NCBI GenBank assembly: GCA_963762565.1
Contig: CAVXLD010000014.1
Span: 32,001-96,000, forward strand
Origin: an uncultured Verrucomicrobiae bacterium
GTDB lineage: Bacteria; Verrucomicrobiota; Verrucomicrobiia; Chthoniobacterales; JAFAMB01
Length of the DNA stretch: 64,000 nt
Direction: 5' to 3'
The notes beneath the pieces are model-generated. The model had not been told where the DNA came from. It saw only the letters and a list, made by a program, of their open reading frames with translations, and did not search any database. Positions 38,662 through 49,093 of the stretch are shown one piece after another. The position numbers were made by a program, and so were the translations under genes. Each line of letters opens with the position of its first letter. The stretch's first letter is position 1.

Positions 38662-39231
38662 ATGCGGCTGATCATTCTGCTACCTGTGGCCGTAAGTTTG
38701 TTTCTTGGATGTGCGACGACGGAACCGTTGGCCACCTATTTTGTGTTAACGCCGGCTGGGGCGAGTAGCAAACCGTCTCGGCCGGCGTCTGCAGTGCGAG
38801 TTTATGTTCGCCGAGTGGAAGTGCCGGCCTTTTTGAGTAGAACTAACCTCGCCAGCATGAACGGAGATCAAATCCGGTATTCACCAACCGGGCTTTGGGC
38901 GCTCTCGCTGGATCAAACCATTTCTCTTGGTATTGCTTCTAACCTGAATCGCCTAGGAATCTCGGCCGCCGGATTTCAGCCGGCCTTTAGCGTACCGGCT
39001 CACACCTACGACGTAGCCCTGCATATCACCCATTTTGACGGGCACGAAAATGGGGACGTGATTTTGTCCGGTGGTTGGCAGGTTCTAACTGCAGGCGGCG
39101 GGGTGGTTGCCAGTAAGTCAGTGACGATTCGGCGAGCGGGTTGGAGTTTTGGAAACGACGCCCAATTGGTTGCCTTACTCTCGTCGGAGCTCACTGAGCT
39201 GAGCGATCAGATCGCCAGGGTCTTACGGTGA
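38662..39231 (+). CDS. PqiC-like ABC auxiliary lipoprotein
   Basis: Lipobox FLGC, YFVL, VEVPAFL, HFDG; last gene of the mla-like operon. Confidence 0.78.
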   Translation: MRLIILLPVAVSLFLGCATTEPLATYFVLTPAGASSKPSRPASAVRVYVRRVEVPAFLSRTNLASMNGDQIRYSPTGLWALSLDQTISLGIASNLNRLGISAAGFQPAFSVPAHTYDVALHITHFDGHENGDVILSGGWQVLTAGGGVVASKSVTIRRAGWSFGNDAQLVALLSSELTELSDQIARVLR

Positions 39232-39240
39232 GGAAAGCAT

Positions 39241-39384
39241 TGGTGGGGCGAGGCTCCGGAATTACCGAAAGCATACCCAAGGCGATGGATTGTATGCAAA
39301 TCTGTCGCGGACGTGTCCTAACTGTTGCCGAGCCGCTCCCAGGGTGCGCCACCGATCCGGCCGTTCGGGAGCCTCGCCCCACCA
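39241..39384. mobile_element. Family-F element
   Basis: tggtggggcgaggctccggaa ... ttcgggagcctcgccccacca. Confidence 0.8.
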
Positions 39385-39555
39385 TTCGACGAGAACGAAG
39401 CCCCTTCGGGGCAAACACCCGCCCATAATTTGTCTAACAACTTGATAATGTAGAGTTGTTAGTTTTCCCATATTTGATACCATGGGCCCCAGCGCGAGCC
39501 GAAACCTGTCACGCCGTAGCGTGCGAAGGCGGAAGCCGCGACCTTACGTCAAAAA

Positions 39556-40713
39556 ATGAATCCGACGAGAAACATTGTGCAGTCAACGCTGGGCTTTGAA
39601 ACCTGGCTGCGCGGGCACATCAGTGTGCGGGAACCCGATCTGGAGATAAAACATCAGTTCATGGCGGACGACATCTTTATGTTCTTCCGCGCGACCTTTT
39701 ACCGGTGGTGCGAACGCTGGTATGCAGCCTGCCCTTCCTTGGCTAATGCCGAGCAAGTGTACGCGGTCGGTGATCTGCACATTCAGAATTTTGGGAGCTG
39801 GCGTGACGGCCATGCCCGTCTGATTTGGGGTGTGAATGATTATGACGAAGTGGCCATGATGTCATTTGCCGCGGATTTAGTGCGGTTGATTATGAGCGCA
39901 GAGCTAGCCTCGGAAGAAACGCCTGCCTGCGACCTTAATCTGTCCGAGATCTGCGAATGCGTCCGCGAGGGGTATAGCGCTGGTCTGAAAAATGCCCCGC
40001 AGCCTTTTGTACTCGAGCGCCGGCATGCCTGGCTTTTGCGGTTGGTACGGGCGGCTTTGAAAGAGCCCAAGTTTTTTTGGCGGCGGTGGCTCCAGGAGAA
40101 GACCCAATCCGTGGCCGAAGATCAGATTCCGCCTGCACTGGCCGAAAAGCTGCGACAGGTCATGCCGAAAGATGTCCCGATCGAGTTTCGGGAAATGCAA
40201 AAGAATGTGACTAAGGGACTTGGTAGTCTCGGGCATCAAAGATTTTTTGCTTACTCCGAACACCATGGCGGCCCGGTGGCTATGGAAGGTAAAAGCATGG
40301 CTCCATCGGCGGTTCTTTGGGCGACAGGTAAATCGGGAAAGGAAATTCACACGGATCGTTTGCTGAAAGGTCCAGGGCGTCCGAGCACCCCCCATACTAG
40401 TACTCAAGAAGGATGGTTAGTTCGCCCGATCATGTCGGATTGCGGCCGGATCCCCCTAACTGAGCTTGAATTCGAAGGGACAGCCCAAGAGATCAATTTT
40501 GATCAGGAGCGATTGCTTTTCTCTATGGGCTACGAAACGGCCAACTTACATCAGTTGAGTAAGAGCCGGGAGGAGCTAAGCGAGCGGCTCAAAGGCGTCA
40601 AGGTAGGAGCTTTGAAACAGGCCGCGCTCACCATGCTGGAGCTGTTGCAGGAGGATTTCAAAATGTGGCGCAAATATTGGCGAGAAAGGCAAAAAGCCGC
40701 CGGAGCGCCGTGA
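39556..40713 (+). CDS. DUF2252-family protein
   Basis: FMFFRATFYRW, VGDLHIQNFG, WGVNDYDE, GLGSLG. Confidence 0.78.
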   Translation: MNPTRNIVQSTLGFETWLRGHISVREPDLEIKHQFMADDIFMFFRATFYRWCERWYAACPSLANAEQVYAVGDLHIQNFGSWRDGHARLIWGVNDYDEVAMMSFAADLVRLIMSAELASEETPACDLNLSEICECVREGYSAGLKNAPQPFVLERRHAWLLRLVRAALKEPKFFWRRWLQEKTQSVAEDQIPPALAEKLRQVMPKDVPIEFREMQKNVTKGLGSLGHQRFFAYSEHHGGPVAMEGKSMAPSAVLWATGKSGKEIHTDRLLKGPGRPSTPHTSTQEGWLVRPIMSDCGRIPLTELEFEGTAQEINFDQERLLFSMGYETANLHQLSKSREELSERLKGVKVGALKQAALTMLELLQEDFKMWRKYWRERQKAAGAP

Positions 40714-40727
40714 CGGCAGCCGACCCA

Positions 40728-40857
40728 GAGGCGTGGCAAAAAAGTAATCGTAATAAGTACGTCAGTAATCAGTCCTGATACCCCGGGCTGGTTCAACCGG
40801 CTTCCGAAACTGATTACTGTTACACTGATTACTGATTACTTTTTGTGCCACGCCCTC
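40728..40857. repeat. (agtaatc) inverted-arm element
   Basis: ggcgtggcaaaaaagtaatc..cagtaatcagt / actgattact..gattactttttgtgccacgcc. Confidence 0.8.
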
Positions 40858-40924
40858 AGCCTCGGCCAAGCATGACGCTAGCCAGAATTCACGAGGAGTG
40901 GTAATATCACCATCGTTCGCTGCT

Positions 40925-41545
40925 ATGGAGTTCAAGGTCTGGGTATTGGCCAGCTTTCTGCTGGTAGGTTTCGGGTTGGCCGACGAGCCGAAGTCGGCAG
41001 CCTCTCCCTCCCTTTCATCCTCGCCGTCTCCGTTACCTTCGGCGACTCCAGCCATCACGGCTGCGGAACTCGAAACCCCTTTGCCGGAGGGGACTCCTCA
41101 GGAACAGCCTGCGACTGTACTTTTGCCGGAGCCTAACTTCTTGCCACCACCACCGCCTCAGACCGCTGGAAATGAGACGCCTTTTACCATGGCGTCGGCG
41201 GAGCCCAGACGCACGCCACAGGATGAGTCACATTTTAGAGAGATTAAGGACACTGCCATGGGTAGCGCCCGCGCCGGCTATCTACTGAAAGAAGCCAAGG
41301 GAGCGCTCAGCACCGAAGCTCGGAAGAATTTCATGCGAGCCTACTATTATACGGTTTGTGCCCAGATGCGGCGTCTCGATCCAAACCTGAGATCGCTGAT
41401 ACAAGCATACGAGGCGGAAGAGATTCAAAAAATTGCCGCGGAAGGCGGAAGGGAGCATGGGAAGACAAAAGCGCGTACGCATGCAGGTTTGGTTTCTCGA
41501 AGCTCGACCGCTAAGAAAAGGCGGCACCCGTATCGCGAATATTGA
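40925..41545 (+). CDS. Exported Pro/Ser-rich hypothetical protein
   Basis: Signal-like N-terminus, low-complexity linker, C-terminal helical domain. Confidence 0.6.
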   Translation: MEFKVWVLASFLLVGFGLADEPKSAASPSLSSSPSPLPSATPAITAAELETPLPEGTPQEQPATVLLPEPNFLPPPPPQTAGNETPFTMASAEPRRTPQDESHFREIKDTAMGSARAGYLLKEAKGALSTEARKNFMRAYYYTVCAQMRRLDPNLRSLIQAYEAEEIQKIAAEGGREHGKTKARTHAGLVSRSSTAKKRRHPYREY

Positions 41546-41563
41546 GCGAGGGGTGGGCGCGAA

Positions 41564-41800
41564 ATGGCGAGTGGGCGTGGTGGAGTGCGCTGGGCGCCGC
41601 GAACGGATAGGACCTATAGGACCAATAGGACTTATGGGACCAATGGGACGTGACGCATAGGTCTCATAAGTCGCACAAAGCCTGTCGCGCCGTAGGCTTG
41701 GCGAAGGCGGATCCATTCGTTCGCAGCGCCGAGCGCTTACACACACAGCCCATAGGCCCATAGGCCCATACGCCCATACGCCGACGCGCCCACACGCCAT
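41564..41800. repeat. Family-E nested element with family-C insert (41680-41713)
   Basis: Same layer order as 21999-22211; ends at the recO stop. Confidence 0.82.
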
Positions 41801-42343
41801 TCACTCTCCCAGGTGTTTTACCAGTGCCACCCGGGCTACAGGAGCTCGATTCAGGGACTCAATTAAGTGGCGAGAACTTTCGCCTTGTTTCGTCATTTGC
41901 ATTCCCAGCAATCGGGCGAGTTCGGCCTCAAAAAAAACAATCACTCGCAACGTTGGACGTTTACCTTCCAGATAGGTCAAGCCGCGGCGCAGCAGATCGT
42001 AAATCTCCGGTTCAGCGTGCTCGAGCTCTGTCGTTTCTTCAACCAGCTCGGTAAAATAAGCTGCAGTCAGCGTACTGAGATAGTTCGTCCGAATGTTTAA
42101 GAACGGCTCAACTACCACTAGTTCGCGGAGCGTGTGGATTTCGCTCTTTCGAGATCGAGAGATAGTTAGGTTACAGTGGAAGAACAAATCGATTTTACCG
42201 GCGAATGCGCTCCCGGAGCGGAGAGCGCCTTTTGCGATTGCCTTTATCTTGCCGGTTTCTTGACCGAACCAAGTCAAAATAAGGCTGGTCTCTGAGAAAC
42301 GGATCCGCCGGAGGAGAATGGCGTTTACCGTTTCTGTGGACAT
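41801..42343 (-). CDS. recO: DNA repair protein RecO
   Basis: AILLRRIRFSETSLIL, GKIKAIAKGA, IYDLL. Confidence 0.88.
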   Translation of the reverse strand: MSTETVNAILLRRIRFSETSLILTWFGQETGKIKAIAKGALRSGSAFAGKIDLFFHCNLTISRSRKSEIHTLRELVVVEPFLNIRTNYLSTLTAAYFTELVEETTELEHAEPEIYDLLRRGLTYLEGKRPTLRVIVFFEAELARLLGMQMTKQGESSRHLIESLNRAPVARVALVKHLGE

Positions 42344-42361
42344 GGCTGACGGGGGAGGGAA

Positions 42362-42550
42362 GGTGAAAGGTGAAAGGTGATTGGTGATTGGTGATTGGTG
42401 ATTGGTGATTGGTGATTGGTGATTGGTGATTGACGGACAGTCGAAGGCCCCCAGGTAAGCAAGTCAAAATCGAAGCGCGTTTTTGCCACGCCCGTCGCGA
42501 CCAATCACCAATCACCAATCACTTCTCACTTCTCACTTCTCACTTCTCAC
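42362..42550. repeat. (ggtgaww)x10 / (caatcac)(ttctcac) inverted-arm element
   Basis: Ten heptamers at 42362-42431; right arm encodes the last codons and stop of lpdA. Confidence 0.9.
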
Positions 42551-43957
42551 AGCTGGTGGAATTGAGAACGCAAGATTATCCACGGCTAGCCCTGCCTCTT
42601 TAACAGCCTCGCTCAGCGTTGGATGAGCGTGGACGGTCCGGCCGAGATCCTCGGCGCTGCCGCCGAATTCCATGATACTGACTATCTCGGCAATCAGCTC
42701 CGAAGCACTGCCACCAATAATCTGGGCGCCGAGTAGCTTATCCGTTCGACTGTCTGCAATGATCTTAGCGAAGCCAACCGAGTCATCATTAGCCAGGGCC
42801 CGACCGTTAGCGACAAAAGGAAATTTCCCGATCTTGATCTGTGTCCCATTCTTCTTGGCGGCTTCTTCGGTTAGTCCAACGCAAGCCACTTCCGGATGGG
42901 TATAGATTACATTTGGGACGACGTTGTAGTTAACGTGCCCGGGCTTCCCGGCAATGAGTTCAGTACAAGCAATTCCATCTTCTTCCCCCTTATGCGCGAG
43001 CATAGGCCCCTCGATAATATCACCGACAGCATAAAGGCCCTGTAGATTGGTTCGAAATTGTTGGTCGACAGCTACGCGACCTCGCTCAGTTAATTTCAGG
43101 CCCAAGTCTTTGGCGACAGCACCTTCCAAGTAGGGCTTCCGTCCAACTGCGACCAGCACTTTATCGGCTTGGAATTCGAGATTCTGTTCGCCCTTAGTTT
43201 TGGCCTGCACCAGGACTTTCTTATCTCCCGGGGCGACGCTCGTGACTTGGGTGTCAACATAGAATTTCAGGCCCTGGGTCTCGAGAGTCTTTTGCAAGGC
43301 TTGGGTGACATCCGGATCGAGAAAGGCGGCAATGCGCGGCAGGAATTCAAGCACCGTAACCTTGCTCCCCAGACGGGACCAAACCGAGCCTAGCTCGAGA
43401 CCGATGGCTCCGGCGCCAACCACCAGAAGCTCTGCCGGAACCTCGGTGAAAGAGAGCGCTTCATCACTCGTGACTACGCATTCGCGGTCAATCGTCACGT
43501 TCGGCAATTCCATCGGCACGCTCCCGGTGGCTAAAATCACGTTTTTGCCCCGATGCTCTTCGGTGGAATTGTCGGGTTTTGTTACCACGACCTTACCGGG
43601 GGCAACGAGCTGGCCGACACCGCGGATGCGGGTGATCTGATTTTTCTTCATCAGGAACTCCAAGCCCTGGGTGAGCTGCTTCACGACGGTTTGTTTCCGC
43701 GCCATGAGCTTGGCTAGATCCACCTGTACGCCTTCGAACTTCAAGCCATGATGCTGGGCTTCGTGGTGAGCAAAACGCACATATTGAGAGGACACCAAGA
43801 GCGCTTTGCTAGGAATACAACCAATGTTGAGACACGTGCCGCCGAGTACGTCGCGCTTGTCTATAATTGCCGTGTTTAGCCCGAGTTGAGCGGCTCGAAT
43901 TGCACCAGTGTAACCAGCTGGTCCACCACCAAGGACGATGAGATCGAAATCGGCCAT
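42533..43957 (-). CDS. lpdA: Dihydrolipoyl dehydrogenase
   Basis: GGGPAGY, GGTCLNIGCIPSK, MLAHK, HAHPTLSE. Confidence 0.96.
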   Translation of the reverse strand: MADFDLIVLGGGPAGYTGAIRAAQLGLNTAIIDKRDVLGGTCLNIGCIPSKALLVSSQYVRFAHHEAQHHGLKFEGVQVDLAKLMARKQTVVKQLTQGLEFLMKKNQITRIRGVGQLVAPGKVVVTKPDNSTEEHRGKNVILATGSVPMELPNVTIDRECVVTSDEALSFTEVPAELLVVGAGAIGLELGSVWSRLGSKVTVLEFLPRIAAFLDPDVTQALQKTLETQGLKFYVDTQVTSVAPGDKKVLVQAKTKGEQNLEFQADKVLVAVGRKPYLEGAVAKDLGLKLTERGRVAVDQQFRTNLQGLYAVGDIIEGPMLAHKGEEDGIACTELIAGKPGHVNYNVVPNVIYTHPEVACVGLTEEAAKKNGTQIKIGKFPFVANGRALANDDSVGFAKIIADSRTDKLLGAQIIGGSASELIAEIVSIMEFGGSAEDLGRTVHAHPTLSEAVKEAGLAVDNLAFSIPPAVRSEK

Positions 43958-44003
43958 AAACATCTTTAGCTGAAACCTGCCGATGAGCAAGGCGGTGGGG
44001 AGA

Positions 44004-44182
44004 GAGAGGTGATTGGTGATTAGTGATTGGTGATTGGTGGAGCACGGCTCCTACATAATGAAGCACTCGGAAGGTCCATGCCCTCTTAGGTCCGTTTTTG
44101 GCATTATTATTGTGTTGGTGGTAGCTGGTTGGAATGCAACATCCGGTCTGGGCTACCAATCACCAATCACCAATCACCTCTC
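44004..44182. repeat. (gtgattg) inverted-arm element
   Basis: gagaggtgattggtgattagtgattggtgattggt ... accaatcaccaatcaccaatcacctctc. Confidence 0.88.
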
Positions 44183-44183
44183 A

Positions 44184-45989
44184 CTAATTCGCTGCTGCCG
44201 GCGTTGTCGTTTTGTTGAGCGCGCGCAGGTCATACACCTTGCCCCACTGACCTTCCGCAGCGACTGGATAACTGTCCCACGAATGAGCCGTGGCCGGATA
44301 ATGTTCCTGTTCGAATTGGCCCCAGAACAAGTAATCGATCTTTAGTTGGGTGCAGAGTGGTTCCCAGCCCGGCTGTGCTAGCATCACTTTGTTCAGGAGT
44401 CCTTCCTCTGACCGATATTCAAGACCATGACTCCAAAGGTGACCTGGGAACCCTAAAACAACTCGATGACCCGCGACCAGCGCCGGGTGATTGTAGGTGG
44501 GGTAAATGGCGAATACGGCTTCGGGAGGAAAGCCCTTGAGGGCGTCGTCGACCTGCGTCCATTCGACCTGGTTACCGATCGCGTATCCATGTTCGTCATC
44601 CGGCGCCAACCCGCCTACTAAGCTGATGAAGCCGGAAAAGAAAAGCAGGAAGAAGAATGGCAAACGGATCAGCGGATGCCATCGACTGAGGAACATTTCC
44701 CAGATGGCCGCCATCATCAGCATATAAGCCCAGAAAAAGAGCTTGGTATTATCCCAGTCCCAAGGAGCAAAGCGGACGAATGCGCACAGAATAAACATTG
44801 CCAGTGCCGGAAGCAGAATCTGCCGCATTCTGAACCGAGTCCGCCACACGTCGATGCCTCTGGGAAAACACAGGTAAACGAGCAGAACGATTGCTAGCGG
44901 GAGTACAAACCCAAAATTCAGTAGCCAGACCATTGGTGCTTGAGCTCCGTGCGGCAATTGACGAAACCACCAAAGTTTGTGCCAGTATTCATGCGCCTCG
45001 GCCACTGAAGTCCAACCAGGTTCCCAAGCCAAGGCATTGGTTTTGCCGAACCCGGTAACACCATAAACAAAAAATGTTGCCGGGATAAACGAAAACGTCA
45101 CTAACCGGATCAGATGGCCGCGCCAGTTTGGATTCCCAAACAGGAACCACCAGAGCAATAGGAACGACAGAAAGATAAATGTATGCAGATGAAAAAGCGG
45201 CATCGTGCAATACAGCAGCCATTCCCCCCAAAAAGAGAGATGCGGTCGATCGGTCTGCGAATCTAGCGTCCGTCGCCAGTGGGTGATCAAGATTAATCCC
45301 GCCGGGATCGCATATAGCAATCCGCGCTGAGTAACGAAAAGAGCCAGGGGGATCGATTTCCAAGCGATATCAGCCTGATAGTCCTCGAGATGCCACGGCC
45401 ATGACTGGAAAAACATGAAACCAACCAGCCCGCCATTGAATAGAAAAGCGGCAACTGCAAACGGGCCGCCGAAAAGAAAAAGAGCTCGCACTGTCAGCAG
45501 CGAGCCGAGAAACGCCACCAGAATAATTCCCAAGTTCGGTGAAATGCCGATTAACTTCAGCTCCGCGTTGAATATGTCGATACCGATCGGGTAGCGGAGC
45601 TTATCAAACGCGTAGATTGGATTTTCCGGCCAATAGTGTGGATTCGATGCCAGAAAATTGATTTGGGTGAGGTGCAGACAGATGTCGCCCAGATTGTTGG
45701 GCGAAAGGACTTTGACGTTTCCGTCCTCGATAAAGATCACCTGACTAAAGGCTCGGACGGCGAAGACCAAAAACAGGATGGCGAGGAGAACGCCGCTTGC
45801 TTGGATCTTCTCCAGACGGGTCAGCATTTGTCCGGGACTCACCAAAACCGCGATTAAGACTACGACCAAGCTGAGACCTAATGACAGGGCTGCGGTCCAT
45901 GGCACCAGTCCATAAGGTGAATATCCGAAACCGACGCCGAGCGAAGTCGATAGGGCTATCCAGGTGAGGAAAAGCAGCGAGATCTTCAT
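44184..45989 (-). CDS. Polytopic membrane protein, probable GT-C-type glycosyltransferase
   Basis: Many TM segments, loop NNLGDICLHL..FWP-like ENP, WDWDNTK; adjacent to GT genes. Confidence 0.55.
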   Translation of the reverse strand: MKISLLFLTWIALSTSLGVGFGYSPYGLVPWTAALSLGLSLVVVLIAVLVSPGQMLTRLEKIQASGVLLAILFLVFAVRAFSQVIFIEDGNVKVLSPNNLGDICLHLTQINFLASNPHYWPENPIYAFDKLRYPIGIDIFNAELKLIGISPNLGIILVAFLGSLLTVRALFLFGGPFAVAAFLFNGGLVGFMFFQSWPWHLEDYQADIAWKSIPLALFVTQRGLLYAIPAGLILITHWRRTLDSQTDRPHLSFWGEWLLYCTMPLFHLHTFIFLSFLLLWWFLFGNPNWRGHLIRLVTFSFIPATFFVYGVTGFGKTNALAWEPGWTSVAEAHEYWHKLWWFRQLPHGAQAPMVWLLNFGFVLPLAIVLLVYLCFPRGIDVWRTRFRMRQILLPALAMFILCAFVRFAPWDWDNTKLFFWAYMLMMAAIWEMFLSRWHPLIRLPFFFLLFFSGFISLVGGLAPDDEHGYAIGNQVEWTQVDDALKGFPPEAVFAIYPTYNHPALVAGHRVVLGFPGHLWSHGLEYRSEEGLLNKVMLAQPGWEPLCTQLKIDYLFWGQFEQEHYPATAHSWDSYPVAAEGQWGKVYDLRALNKTTTPAAAN

Positions 45990-47857
45990 TCTTTGGGACG
46001 ATTGGAAGGATCAAAGTCCGGCTGCCTGCCCGGGAACACATCCTTGAAGGTGTCGTACTTGAAGTAGGCTTTGCAAGGATCCATACCGTCTCGCAGGCGG
46101 AACGTGTCGACGAAGTACTTTTTCGTTAGGCGGTCTTCCAAATCTGGAGAGTCCGAGTCGAGCACCGCGATGAAATCTGCGTCAAGATCTTTTGGCCATT
46201 TATCCTCGCCTTCCGCGTAATAACCAACGTCCCGCACCTCGTCGATTACCCACGGGATGGGGAAATAGCTCTCGAGCAATATCAGCCCACGCAAATGTCG
46301 TTTCGCAGAAGGGTCCTTCCTGAGTTTCTGCAATATCGGATCGACAAATTTTCGGTAATCTCGATAGGTCTGAACGTAGGCGTACAACTCCTTGGGGTCG
46401 TCATAATGGACGAAGTTCAGACCGGAAGACTTATAGGCGAGATGACCGAACAGGATCAAACCAACCACCACCGTTATGTACCGCGTGAACCGCGGTAGGT
46501 TGTCCCACAAGAAAACCAGAGCCGCTCCGCCCAGGAAAAGAAATGGCCAATCGATGGAGATGATACACCACGGCGTTTTGTACGGTATAATTGAGTAGAC
46601 GAACAAGACGCCGACCCCGTAGATCGCTAAGTACCGCAACGGCGAATTGCCACCAAACAAGTACCGCACAGCGAAAACCAATCCCAGTACCGAGAACCAC
46701 TCGTACTTGAGCATCAGGCAAACCCAATACCAATTGAGTTTCAGCCGGGCGAGAGTTGCGAGTGGTCCAAAATGTCGCAGCGGATGCGGCACCAAGGAGA
46801 AAAGGTCATACGTCGGTTTGCCGTGTCCCGCAGAGTCGACGCCGGTCTTTGTCCAAGTTTTAAACGTCTCGAAGATTCCCAGTACGCCTCTCGGATTTAG
46901 AAAGGTCCCTGAGTAGAAGAATACAATCAGGAAGTAACCGACTAAAAGCGCTCCGAACAAATGGAGCCAAGGAAGATCAACGGAACCTTCTTCGCTGCCG
47001 GATCGAGTCGTGGCTCGTCGGCAAAACAAGAGTGCGACCGGAATAGCGATCGCCATCCCTGCGAAGACGCAGAGCGCGCTGCCCTGCACGAAAGACAGAT
47101 TGCCGACTTCTCCCGGTTCATCGGGTGCAACCGTGGCGGCATTTGCTGTTGCATGAGAAATTAGGAACCAGATCGACACGAATCCGAGCGTGAAGAGCGG
47201 CCAGGAAACCAAGGTCCCGAGAGTAAACGTCCCCCAAGGTACCTTGATCGGCGTGGGAACCTCGGGCTGCGTTGCCGGGATTATTTTACCGAGTACCCAA
47301 CTCACTGGGGCAGCGGCGGCGAATGCGACCAAGTGAATCGCATAGGTCTCCTTGGTCAAAATCATCCCGGCGATTCCTAGCACGGTGGCCCAGATACTGG
47401 CTGGCGTTACGCGGTAATGCCAACTAAGTACACCCCAAAAGGTTAGAATCAGAAAGAAGACGAGCCAGGTCTCGTGGATGGCGTAGCGTTCATAGAAGAC
47501 GAATCCGGGCGAGATGGCCATGGCAAGAGCCGCCAGAGCCGTAATCCGGTAGCCGAAGAATCGAGTAAATGAGAAAAGGAAGCCGACCGTTATAGTGCCA
47601 ACCAGTACGGTCGGCATGCGCAGCGCCCATAAGTTTCGGCCAAATGCAAGGAGGAACACCCGCAGGACATAAAAATGTAATGGCCCATGGTAATTGTCCG
47701 GATCGTAGGCATAATAGCCTTGCTTCGCCATTTGATCGCACCACCAACCGTTTATTCCCTCATCAAAATGCGGAGGTTTGATATCTAAGAAAACAAGTCG
47801 CACTACCGCTGCCAGCAGAATGATCAGGACCGAAATGGTGATTTGACGTCTGGTCAT
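45986..47857 (-). CDS. PMT/ArnT-like (GT39/GT83, Agl23-like) membrane glycosyltransferase
   Basis: KPPHFDEG..YAYDPDNYHGP, ALRMP, SPGFVFYERY, TKET, YKTPW. Confidence 0.75.
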   Translation of the reverse strand: MTRRQITISVLIILLAAVVRLVFLDIKPPHFDEGINGWWCDQMAKQGYYAYDPDNYHGPLHFYVLRVFLLAFGRNLWALRMPTVLVGTITVGFLFSFTRFFGYRITALAALAMAISPGFVFYERYAIHETWLVFFLILTFWGVLSWHYRVTPASIWATVLGIAGMILTKETYAIHLVAFAAAAPVSWVLGKIIPATQPEVPTPIKVPWGTFTLGTLVSWPLFTLGFVSIWFLISHATANAATVAPDEPGEVGNLSFVQGSALCVFAGMAIAIPVALLFCRRATTRSGSEEGSVDLPWLHLFGALLVGYFLIVFFYSGTFLNPRGVLGIFETFKTWTKTGVDSAGHGKPTYDLFSLVPHPLRHFGPLATLARLKLNWYWVCLMLKYEWFSVLGLVFAVRYLFGGNSPLRYLAIYGVGVLFVYSIIPYKTPWCIISIDWPFLFLGGAALVFLWDNLPRFTRYITVVVGLILFGHLAYKSSGLNFVHYDDPKELYAYVQTYRDYRKFVDPILQKLRKDPSAKRHLRGLILLESYFPIPWVIDEVRDVGYYAEGEDKWPKDLDADFIAVLDSDSPDLEDRLTKKYFVDTFRLRDGMDPCKAYFKYDTFKDVFPGRQPDFDPSNRPKE

Positions 47858-47937
47858 TATTGGTTTTGACAAGGCAAAGAAAGGTCCATTTACGCCTTTC
47901 CTGCACAGAGGCGGTGATATTATGCGAACTGCGTGAC

Positions 47938-48720
47938 ATGTCCATACAGATTCCGCCAGCACTAACACTCGTCATCCCTGCGTTTAACGAAGCAGCTCGA
48001 TTGCCGCAGAGCCTCGTGGAATTGCAACGGCACAGCTCTGGCTGGGATTTTGCTTACGAGATTATTGTCGTGGTTGAGCCCAGTTCTGATCACACCTTGG
48101 AGTTGGCCACAACTGCTGCCAGAAACTTCCCTGAGCTTAAGGTCATTGGTAACCCAGTCCATCGAGGCAAAGGTTTCGCCGTCCGGACCGGTATGCTCGC
48201 GGGGCGGGGAGAAATGCTGTTTTTCACGGATTCCGATTTGAGCACTCCGTTAACGGACCTGGACCGGGCAATTGCCCTGTTCAAAGCGCAACCGGATATC
48301 GACTTGATCGTTGGCAGTCGCAAACATCCGGATAGCCAAATCCTCCAGCATCAGAGTCCGATGCGCGAGCTGATGGGTAACACGTTCAACCGGTTTGTCC
48401 GTGCTTTAGCGGGATTCAAGTTCTTAGATACCCAGTGCGGGTTCAAAGGCTTCCGGGCTTATGCCGCACGTGAGATTTTTGAACGTGCGCAGATCGATGG
48501 ATTTTCTTTCGACGTAGAAGTTTTGCTCCTGGCGGAAGCGATGAATTTTGTGGTGATGGAGGTCCCGGTTCATTGGTCCAATTCGCCGGAATCGAAAGTC
48601 CGGGTGGTTGGCGATAGCCTCAAAATGCTCCAAGACCTTTTTCAGGTTCGGAAGATCGTGCATGACGCCATGGAACGCCATCCCTTCGCGGTGGGGTCAG
48701 GGGCCTCGTCGAGGAAGTAG
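47938..48720 (+). CDS. Polyprenyl/dolichyl-phosphate glycosyltransferase (GT2, DPG-synthase-like)
   Basis: VIPAFNEAARL, GKGFAVRTG, FTDSDLSTP, DTQCGFK, FDVEVL. Confidence 0.9.
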   Translation: MSIQIPPALTLVIPAFNEAARLPQSLVELQRHSSGWDFAYEIIVVVEPSSDHTLELATTAARNFPELKVIGNPVHRGKGFAVRTGMLAGRGEMLFFTDSDLSTPLTDLDRAIALFKAQPDIDLIVGSRKHPDSQILQHQSPMRELMGNTFNRFVRALAGFKFLDTQCGFKGFRAYAAREIFERAQIDGFSFDVEVLLLAEAMNFVVMEVPVHWSNSPESKVRVVGDSLKMLQDLFQVRKIVHDAMERHPFAVGSGASSRK

Positions 48721-49093
48721 GGGGGGCGAAACGGCGAGTGGGCGAAACGGCGAATGGGCGAATGGGCGAAACGGCGACGCTACCCTTGATCGGTAGGGCG
48801 AAAATCTCGGCGCGAATTCCGGTTGCTACGTGGCCGGCTCAACCGCGCCGGATTTGAGCCATGCGTGCGGATGACCTCGCCCAAGACGTTGTTGATTTAA
48901 GGCAATTCCGAATCAAGGCCATTTGTCCGCCCAGGGTGCGGCTCAAATCCGGCGCGGGAAATCGGCAGACGAAAAGACGTCCGCGGCGCGCCGAGATTTT
49001 CGCCCTACCGAACGGGGGACAATGTCGCCGCTTCGCCCTTTCGCCCCATCGCCCCGTCGCCCCATCGCCCTTTCGCCCCCTTCGCCCTTTCGC
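48721..49093. mobile_element. Octamer (ggcgaatg/ggcgaaac) inverted arms around a GTAG-type REPIN-like element (48790-49011)
   Basis: tcggtagggcgaaaatctcggcgcg / cgcgccgagattttcgccctaccga; inner cgcgccggatttgagcc / ggctcaaatccggcgcg. Confidence 0.87.

Noticed and set aside
39434..39462. AT-rich inverted repeat ctaacaact...agttgttag upstream of the DUF2252 gene
   Set aside because: Single 9-bp stem with no recognisable regulator; too weak to call
41282..42518. Minus-strand ORFs with PIGPIGPI and NHQSPIT repeats
   Set aside because: Translations of 9-mer and 7-mer DNA repeats, not repeat proteins
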